Below, piece by piece: positions 9,156 to 15,610 of a DNA stretch of 32,000 nt. The notes beneath the pieces were generated by a model. That model was not told the DNA's origin. It did no database searches and was given only the letters and a program-made list of their open reading frames with translations. Numbering within the stretch: position 1 is the stretch's first letter; every line of letters begins with the position of its first letter. The position numbers and the translations under genes were made by a program. The stretch is from positions 420,001 through 452,000 of the forward strand of contig NC_008578.1 of the NCBI RefSeq assembly GCF_000015025.1. Direction: 5' to 3'. Origin of the DNA: Acidothermus cellulolyticus 11B (GTDB lineage Bacteria > Actinomycetota > Actinomycetes > Acidothermales > Acidothermaceae).

Positions 9156-10706
9156 TCACGCGGTGCAGGACGCCGTTGCCGCTGTTGTCGCCGATCCGGT
9201 CAGGCCTCCGCCGGTCGATCCTGCGGCTCCAGAGCCGCCGGAGCCTCGGTTCGGCGTCCCGGTGGTGCTTGGGCTCGACGAAGTGGCGAGGCCATGGTAA
9301 TCAGACCCAAGGAGGAGATCGATTTCCCCGGAGAGTTGGTCATTCGGTCGCAACACGGCGCCGGGAATCACCGCCGCGAGGGTATGCGCCGCTGCAGCCT
9401 CAGCGGGCGGGTATTCGATCACCGTTGTTGTTGCGCCGGAGCCCCGGTTGGCCGGCGTGCCAATGACGTCGAATCCCGCTTGGGCGAGTTCCGCCGACGC
9501 CCGGGCGGCGAGGCCATTGATTCCCGCTGCGTTGAAGACCCGGACGTGCACCTGACTGCGCGGCAGCGTGCTCGGCTGGGCGGAGGGGGAGAGCACGGAT
9601 TGGTCGGCGGCGAGAGCGGCGAAGAGCTGCTGGGCCTTGGCGGTGTCGACGATGTCGACGGATTCGCCATTCCGGGTGCCGAACCCGGCAATGGGCATCG
9701 TGGTGAGGACGACGTTCCCGGTGCTCAAACCACGGAGACTGACGGCCAGTTTCTCCATGTCCGCGGTGCTCATCCCCGCGTCGACGGTCACCGATTTCGT
9801 GAACGCGTCGAGGAACGCGTTGAGTTTCAGCGGATTGGTGAGCGTGCCGGCGCTCTCCACCTTGCGCATCATCGCGGCGAGGAATTGCTGCTGCCGTTTG
9901 ATCCGGTCCAAGTCGCCGAGCGGCAGCCCATACCGCTGCCGGACAAAGGCCAATGCCTGTGCGCCGTTCAGATGGTGCCATCCTGCGCTGAGATTGATCC
10001 CGGTGTTCACATCATGCGCGGGGCGGCTCAGACACACATCAACGCCGCCGAGCGCATCGACCATGCGCTGGAATCCGGCGAAGTCGATTTCCACGTAGTG
10101 GTCGATGTGCAGCCCGGTGAGTTCCTGCACTGTCTTGACGAGCAGGGCGGCGCCGCCAAGGGCGAATGCGGCGTTGAGTTTGTCTTGATGGGCGGGGTGC
10201 AGGACGCCGTTGGCGTCGGTGTACGCCGGGATGGTGACCCAGGAGTCCCGCGGAAGCGACACCAGGGTCGCCCTGCCGTGCCCCTTGGCCAGGTGCGCGA
10301 GGATGACGGTGTCGGAGCGTTGCCCGAGCACCTGCGTCTGGCCCTTCGGTGCTTGGGCGAATTGGTCACCCGCCCCGGTGCGGGTGTCCGACCCGACGAG
10401 GAGGACGTTCTCCGCCCCACCGGTCGCCTTCGTTCCACCAGGTGTGATCACACCCGTCGCCCGGTTGAGGTTTCCGTTGTAGTGCACGTAGCGGCCGTAG
10501 AGGAGACCGCTGGTCAGGAGAATCCCGACGGCGACGACGGCGGCGAACCGCCGGAGGCCTCGCCGCTCGGTTCCCGGTGCGGGACCGCGCGGATCGAGCT
10601 CCGGCGGTAATGTCAGGGGCGGCGTGGTCACTTTGCTGAGAGTAGCGGTTCGCGGTCCGGGGACGGGGTATTCGACGGGGACGGGGTATTCGATGGTCGC
10701 CTGCAT
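9156..10706 (-). CDS. Second LCP (LytR-CpsA-Psr) family ligase with LytR_C domain
   Basis: It has a TM anchor (FAAVVAVGILLTSGLLYG). The LCP core is ENVLLVGSDTR...SDTVILAHLAKGHGRATLVSLPRDS...AFVRQRYGLPLGDLDRIKRQQQF. The LytR_C block is VRVFNAAGINGLAARASAELAQAGF. I chose ATG 10706 because the tracked TTG at 10802 would overlap rmlA by 72 nt. No clear RBS, so the start is uncertain. Confidence 0.85.
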   Translation of the reverse strand: MQATIEYPVPVEYPVPGPRTATLSKVTTPPLTLPPELDPRGPAPGTERRGLRRFAAVVAVGILLTSGLLYGRYVHYNGNLNRATGVITPGGTKATGGAENVLLVGSDTRTGAGDQFAQAPKGQTQVLGQRSDTVILAHLAKGHGRATLVSLPRDSWVTIPAYTDANGVLHPAHQDKLNAAFALGGAALLVKTVQELTGLHIDHYVEIDFAGFQRMVDALGGVDVCLSRPAHDVNTGINLSAGWHHLNGAQALAFVRQRYGLPLGDLDRIKRQQQFLAAMMRKVESAGTLTNPLKLNAFLDAFTKSVTVDAGMSTADMEKLAVSLRGLSTGNVVLTTMPIAGFGTRNGESVDIVDTAKAQQLFAALAADQSVLSPSAQPSTLPRSQVHVRVFNAAGINGLAARASAELAQAGFDVIGTPANRGSGATTTVIEYPPAEAAAAHTLAAVIPGAVLRPNDQLSGEIDLLLGSDYHGLATSSSPSTTGTPNRGSGGSGAAGSTGGGLTGSATTAATASCTA

Positions 10707-10730
10707 GGTGATTGGGTAGCGTGGGCCGAC

Positions 10731-11798
10731 ATGAAGGCACTCGTGCTCTCCGGGGGAGCGGGCACCCGGCTCCGTCCGATCACCCACACCTCCGCCAAGC
10801 AACTCGTCCCGGTGGCGAACAAGCCGGTGTTGTTCTACGGCCTGGAGGCGATCCGGGACGCCGGGATCACCGACGTCGGCATCATCGTCGGCGACACGCG
10901 CGCCGAGATCGAGGCCGCGGTGGGCGACGGCTCAGCGCTGGGCATCAAGGCGACGTACATCCATCAGGAGGCGCCGCTCGGCCTCGCCCACTGTGTGCTG
11001 ATTGCGCGGGATTTTCTCGGCGATGACGACTTCGTCATGTACCTCGGGGACAACTTCATCATCGGCGGCATTACCGATCTCGTTCAGGAATTCGTCCGGT
11101 GCGGCGCGGATGCGCAAATTCTGCTCACCAAGGTGGACAACCCTCAACAATTCGGGATTGCCGAGCTTGACGAGGAGGGGCGCGTCGTCCGCCTGGTGGA
11201 GAAACCGGCCCAGCCTCGCAGCGACCTCGCTTTGGTCGGCGTCTACATGTTCAAACCGGCGATTCACCAGGCGGTGCGTGCGATCCGCCCGAGCGCCCGG
11301 GGTGAATTAGAAATCACTGATGCCATCCAGTGGCTGGTCGACAACGGGTACAACGTTCGGTCCCACTTTGTCAACGGTTACTGGAAAGACACCGGGCGGC
11401 TCGAGGACATGCTGGAGTGCAATCGGAAAGTGCTCGAGACGATCGAGCCGGCCTGCCGCGGGCGGGTCGACGCCGAGAGCCGCATCATCGGACGGGTGGT
11501 GATTGAGGACGGCGCTGTCATCGAGCGGTCCACGGTTCGCGGCCCGGCGATTATCGGCAAGGGCACGAAAATCATCGAGAGTTACGTCGGACCCTTCACG
11601 TCGATTTACCACGACTGCGTCATCGAGCGCACCGAGATCGAACACTCCATCATCTTGGAAGCCACGAAGATCATCGGAGTGAGCCGCATCGAGGACTCGT
11701 TGATCGGCAAAGAAGTGGAGGTGGCGCCGTCCACCGCGCTGCCTCGGGCGCACCGGCTCATGCTCGGCGATCACAGTAAGGTCTCGATCGCGTACTGA
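10731..11798 (+). CDS. rmlA: Glucose-1-phosphate thymidylyltransferase, long (about 355 aa) form with C-terminal left-handed beta-helix
   Basis: MKALVLSGGAGTRLRPITHTSAKQLVPVANKP is the nucleotidyltransferase signature. The hexapeptide-repeat-like tail is GRVVIEDGAVIERSTVRGPAIIGKGTKIIESYVGP. Confidence 0.88.
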   Translation: MKALVLSGGAGTRLRPITHTSAKQLVPVANKPVLFYGLEAIRDAGITDVGIIVGDTRAEIEAAVGDGSALGIKATYIHQEAPLGLAHCVLIARDFLGDDDFVMYLGDNFIIGGITDLVQEFVRCGADAQILLTKVDNPQQFGIAELDEEGRVVRLVEKPAQPRSDLALVGVYMFKPAIHQAVRAIRPSARGELEITDAIQWLVDNGYNVRSHFVNGYWKDTGRLEDMLECNRKVLETIEPACRGRVDAESRIIGRVVIEDGAVIERSTVRGPAIIGKGTKIIESYVGPFTSIYHDCVIERTEIEHSIILEATKIIGVSRIEDSLIGKEVEVAPSTALPRAHRLMLGDHSKVSIAY

Positions 11799-12063
11799 CG
11801 TACCGTCCCGCCGGGCAATGCCGTACTGACGCACCACCGCCGGGCGTAAGGCACCCTCCCGCCCGAACAGGGCTCCCGCACCGCCGCCCGGCGTCCGGCG
11901 CCGCTCGCGGCCGGGTCCGTCGTCCTGCGCCGCCGGGCATCCGGCCCGGCTCGCGGCCGACTGACCGCCGGAACCTTCCCGGGTCATCAGGCGTCCATAC
12001 TCCGGACCCTTGATCAACCACTGACGCTACGGTGCATGGCGACGGTCACCAAGGGGGAGCGGC

Positions 12064-13464
12064 GTGCAAGGCCTCGTGTCGCAGGTGCCCTCACCGCCGT
12101 CGGGCGCACGGTCGCCGCGGCGGCGCGAGGCGTTGGCTGCGTCACTCTTCCCACCGGCGCCGGCGGCTCGGGGCGCCCGGTCGGTCGCCGTCGTCGGCTA
12201 TCTGGCCGCCGCGGTGGTCGGCTTCTTCGTCGATCTGCGGTGGGCGGGCGCCCAGCGCACCGGCTGGCTGTGGGCCGAGGACGGCGCGGTTTTCCTGCGG
12301 GACGCCCTCCGCGGCCCGATCTGGCACACCCTCGCGCATCCCTACGCGGGGTACATGCACCTGGTACCGCGGCTTGTCGCCGCGACGGTATCGGCATTCC
12401 CGGTTCAACAGGCGGCTCGGCTGACCGCCGCGGCAGCGGCGCTGCTCCGGGTTGGGGTGGCGCTCTTCGTGTTCCGGGCGAGCAGCGGGCACCTCCGATC
12501 GCCGATCGTCCGGTTCTTCCTCGCCGCACTCGTCGTCGTCCTCCCGGCGGCTGGATTCGAGGCGCTCGACAATCTGGCGAACATTCATTGGTTCTTGACC
12601 TTCGCGGCCTTCTGGGCGATTCTCTGGCAACCAGCCCGCTGGTGGGAGTCGGCGCTGGCCGGGGTGGTGGTCCTCACGGCGGCGCTGACCAACCCGCTCT
12701 CGGCCGTGTTCCTCCCGCTGGTCGTGCTGCGAGCGTTCACCGGTCGCGGCTGGCGCGACCAGGTGGTGCCCGGCTGCTACCTCATCGGCGTCGTCGGCCA
12801 GCTTCTGGTCGCGGCGACCACCCATCGTCCGGCCCACCAGTCCTTCGGCGTGCTCGACGGGCTCGAGTTCTTCGCCAACCGTGTGATCCTCGGGACGCTT
12901 GCCGGCTACCGGGCAACGGTATGGGCGTGGCAGATCGCCGGCTGGGGTGCGGTCGGGGTGGCGGGGGTGGTCGTAATCGGAATCGTGCTCGCGGCGCTCC
13001 GGACGCCAGGTCCGCGCCGCTGGCTCGCGGTCTCGGCCCTGGCAGCGACCGTGGTCGCCTTCGCCGTGATGTTCGCCGAGCCTGCGGTGACCCCGGGCAC
13101 GCGGTTTCAGCTGGCCGGGTTGCAGCTCTCCCGCTACCAGGTACTGCCGTCGCTGCTGCTCTTCAGCGCGATCGCGGCGGGTCTGGACGCGCTGCGCCGG
13201 TGGTCGGCTGTCGGCGTCCGGGCCGGGCTCTTCGTGCTCGTCGCGGTCACCGTGCTGCTCGACCTACCGGCGACGCACCGGGTCTGGGTAGCGCGCGAAG
13301 GGCGCATTCTACCGTGGCGGAGCGAGGTCGTCGTCGCGGGGGTGCAGTGCCAGGTCCGCGGCGCAACGACGGCGTACCTGAACGAACTGCCCGCTGGCTG
13401 GCACGTGCCGGTGCCCTGCGGCGTCCTGGAGGCGTCCTTGCGAGAATCGAAGAGCGGCGGCTGA
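12064..13464 (+). CDS. Polytopic integral membrane protein (about 11 TM); candidate GT-C-type glycosyltransferase or polymer-processing protein
   Basis: This frame gives many hydrophobic helices (VAVVGYLAAAVVGFFV, IVRFFLAALVVVLPAAGF, NIHWFLTFAAFWAILW, GAVGVAGVVVIGIVLAAL and others). An acidic loop motif WLWAEDGAVFLRD follows TM1, and the soluble C-terminal tail has 2 Cys. GTG 12064 is preceded by GGGGGAG. No family recognised from memory. Confidence 0.6.
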   Translation: MQGLVSQVPSPPSGARSPRRREALAASLFPPAPAARGARSVAVVGYLAAAVVGFFVDLRWAGAQRTGWLWAEDGAVFLRDALRGPIWHTLAHPYAGYMHLVPRLVAATVSAFPVQQAARLTAAAAALLRVGVALFVFRASSGHLRSPIVRFFLAALVVVLPAAGFEALDNLANIHWFLTFAAFWAILWQPARWWESALAGVVVLTAALTNPLSAVFLPLVVLRAFTGRGWRDQVVPGCYLIGVVGQLLVAATTHRPAHQSFGVLDGLEFFANRVILGTLAGYRATVWAWQIAGWGAVGVAGVVVIGIVLAALRTPGPRRWLAVSALAATVVAFAVMFAEPAVTPGTRFQLAGLQLSRYQVLPSLLLFSAIAAGLDALRRWSAVGVRAGLFVLVAVTVLLDLPATHRVWVAREGRILPWRSEVVVAGVQCQVRGATTAYLNELPAGWHVPVPCGVLEASLRESKSGG

Positions 13465-13516
13465 CGCCGTGGTCTCACGTGATCCCGGCAGTTGACGAAG
13501 GTAAGGGACGGCGTCC

Positions 13517-14503
13517 ATGCGTGTTTTCGTGACCGGGGGAGCCGGTTTCATCGGTTCGCATTACGTGCGGACCATGCTCTCCGGCGGGTACGCCGGTTAC
13601 GAGGACGCTGAAGTGACGGTCTACGACAAGCTCACCTACGCGGGAAATCTGGCCAATCTCGCTCCGGTGGCCGACAGTCCCCGGTACCGCTTCATCCAAG
13701 GCGACATCTGTGACGGCCGGCTCCTTGCCGAGGTCTTGCCGGGCCACGACCTCGTGGTGAATTTCGCCGCCGAATCGCACGTCGACCGGTCGATTTACGG
13801 CGCCGCGGAATTCGTCGTCACCAACGTGCTCGGCGCCCAGACCCTCTTCGAGGCCTGCGTCCAGGCGGGGATTCCCCGCGTCGTGCACGTCTCCACCGAC
13901 GAGGTGTACGGCTCGATCCTCGAGGGGTCATGGACCGAAGACCACATTCTGGAACCGAATTCGCCCTATTCGGCCAGCAAGGCGGGCGCTGACCTGCTCG
14001 CCCGCGCGTACGCGGGGACGTACGGGTTGAATATCTCGGTGACCCGCTGCACGAACAACTACGGTCCGTATCAATTTCCGGAGAAAGTCATTCCGCTCTT
14101 CATCACGAATCTCATCGACGGCAAGAAGGTTCCGCTGTACGGCGACGGGCTCAACGTGCGCGACTGGCTGCATGTCGACGACCACTGCCGCGGCATCCAA
14201 ATCGTTGCGGAGAAAGGCCGGCCCGGCGAGTACTACAACATCGGCGGCGGACTGGAATTGACGAACCGGGAGCTGACCCAGAAGCTGCTCGACGCGTGCG
14301 GGGCGACCTGGGACTCGGTGGAATTCGTCGAAGACCGCAAGAATCACGACCGGCGGTATTCGCTGGACGACACCAAGATCCGTGCTCTGGGGTATGAACC
14401 GCGGGTGAGCTTCGACGAAGGGCTCGCCCAGACCATCCGCTGGTATCACGAGAACGAATGGTGGTGGCGGCCGCTCAAGGAGAAGGCGGCGCTGCCGCGA
14501 TGA
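13517..14503 (+). CDS. rmlB: dTDP-glucose 4,6-dehydratase
   Basis: VFVTGGAGFIGSHYV Rossmann motif, STDEVYG, catalytic YSASKAGADLL, and DGLNVRDWLHVDDH. Confidence 0.95.
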   Translation: MRVFVTGGAGFIGSHYVRTMLSGGYAGYEDAEVTVYDKLTYAGNLANLAPVADSPRYRFIQGDICDGRLLAEVLPGHDLVVNFAAESHVDRSIYGAAEFVVTNVLGAQTLFEACVQAGIPRVVHVSTDEVYGSILEGSWTEDHILEPNSPYSASKAGADLLARAYAGTYGLNISVTRCTNNYGPYQFPEKVIPLFITNLIDGKKVPLYGDGLNVRDWLHVDDHCRGIQIVAEKGRPGEYYNIGGGLELTNRELTQKLLDACGATWDSVEFVEDRKNHDRRYSLDDTKIRALGYEPRVSFDEGLAQTIRWYHENEWWWRPLKEKAALPR

Positions 14504-15381
14504 CGCGTTGGCTGGTCACCGGCGCCGGCGGTCAACTGGGCAGTGATCTCGTCGATCTGCTCCAGCGTTCCGGGGCGGAGGTCGTCGGTCTGGCCCGCGC
14601 CGAGCTGGACATCACCGACGCCGACGCCGTGCTCGCCGCGTGCGAGCGGTTCCACCCGGACGTCGTCATCAACGCCGCCGCCTACACCGCGGTGGACGCC
14701 GCTGAATCCGATCCCGCCACGGCCTTTGCCGTGAACGCCGAGGGTGCCGGTCACGTCGCCGCCGCGACGGCCAAGCTGGGTGCCCGGCTCGTGCACGTCT
14801 CCACCGACTACGTCTTCGCCGGGGACGCGACCTCGCCGTACGACGAGGAGGCGCCGGTTGCGCCGCGGAGCGTGTACGGCCGGAGCAAGGCGGCGGGCGA
14901 GCGTGCCGTCCTGGAGGCGCATCCAGGCGCTTACGTCGTGCGGACCGCCTGGGTGTACGGAGCAGTGGGGCAGAACTTCGTCAAGACCATGGCCCGGCTG
15001 GAGCGGGAGAAGGAGACCGTCACTGTCGTCGATGATCAACGCGGTTCGCCGACCTGGTCCCGGGACCTTGCTGATGCGCTGATCACTCTGGCCCGGTCGG
15101 ATGCGCCGCCCGGGGTGTACCACTGCACGAACGCCGGCGAGACGACCTGGTTCGGCTTCGCTCGAGCGATCTTTGAGGAGCTTGGCGCCGACCCGACCCG
15201 CGTCCGGCCGACCACGACCGCGGCGTTTCCGCGGCCGGCGCCGCGTCCCGCCTACTCCGTCCTGGGGCACCGCCGGTGGCAGCAGGCCGGCTTGCCGGCG
15301 ATGCGGCCGTGGCGGGACGCACTCCGCGCGGCGTTCGCCTTCTGCGGCCCGGCGTTGCGCGGTGATCCGACCGGGGCCTAG
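14500..15381 (+). CDS. rmlD: dTDP-4-dehydrorhamnose reductase
   Basis: WLVTGAGGQLGSDL, INAAAYTAVDAAESD, STDYVF, YGRSKAAGE, VRTAWVYG are RmlD signatures. ATG 14500 overlaps the rmlB stop (ATGA). Confidence 0.9.
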   Translation: MTRWLVTGAGGQLGSDLVDLLQRSGAEVVGLARAELDITDADAVLAACERFHPDVVINAAAYTAVDAAESDPATAFAVNAEGAGHVAAATAKLGARLVHVSTDYVFAGDATSPYDEEAPVAPRSVYGRSKAAGERAVLEAHPGAYVVRTAWVYGAVGQNFVKTMARLEREKETVTVVDDQRGSPTWSRDLADALITLARSDAPPGVYHCTNAGETTWFGFARAIFEELGADPTRVRPTTTAAFPRPAPRPAYSVLGHRRWQQAGLPAMRPWRDALRAAFAFCGPALRGDPTGA

Positions 15382-15450
15382 CGGAGATCTTCCTCACTCC
15401 GGCACGCCCCGCCGCGCCGGGGTCGGCCGCCACGGCGCCGCGACCGCCAG

Positions 15451-15482
15451 CGGAGATCTTCCTCTCGCTGCTCAGATCTCCG
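15451..15482 (+). terminator. 9-bp-stem hairpin (CGGAGATCT-14 nt-AGATCTCCG) downstream of rmlD; terminator or regulatory RNA element
   Basis: A perfect inverted repeat is read directly at 15451-15459 and 15474-15482. No U-tract follows. It overlaps one copy of a 16-nt dispersed repeat. Confidence 0.35.
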
Positions 15483-15573
15483 GTCGTTGGTGCCGAGAAA
15501 AACCCCGTCCGCATCACCACTAATTCGGAGAAATTGCCACGATCTCCAGCGAAAGGGTGCTTAGGTATAGAGA

Positions 15574-15599
15574 GTCACAACTGTCGCTCTAGTTCACAG
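15574..15599. promoter_or_regulatory. Candidate operator upstream of the amidase: GTCACAACTGTC plus a second TCACA 19 nt downstream, overlapping the RBS
   Basis: GTCACAACTGTC (15574-15585) is the exact reverse complement of GACAGTTGTGAC at 27138-27149, upstream of the SpoIID gene. A second TCACA lies at 15594-15598. Confidence 0.4.
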
Positions 15600-15610
15600 G
15601 AGTAACGGTC

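Noticed and set aside
8793-10610. 605-aa + strand ORF covering the LCP-1/LCP-2 gap and lying antisense to LCP-2.
   Set aside because: It has no motifs and an Arg/Gly-rich composition, and the opposite strand encodes an unmistakable LCP protein.
12036-13532. 498-aa + strand ORF overlapping the membrane-protein gene in another frame.
   Set aside because: The product is an Arg/Gly/Pro-rich low-complexity string, and the ORF would run into rmlB. The 12064-13464 frame gives coherent transmembrane helices and has an RBS.
15485-15610. Possible ydaO/c-di-AMP-type or other known riboswitch upstream of the amidase, since such elements precede wall hydrolases in some actinobacteria.
   Set aside because: I could not align the region to the conserved ydaO core elements as I remember them, and at about 125 nt it is short. 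It is kept only as a generic structured-leader possibility pending an Rfam scan.
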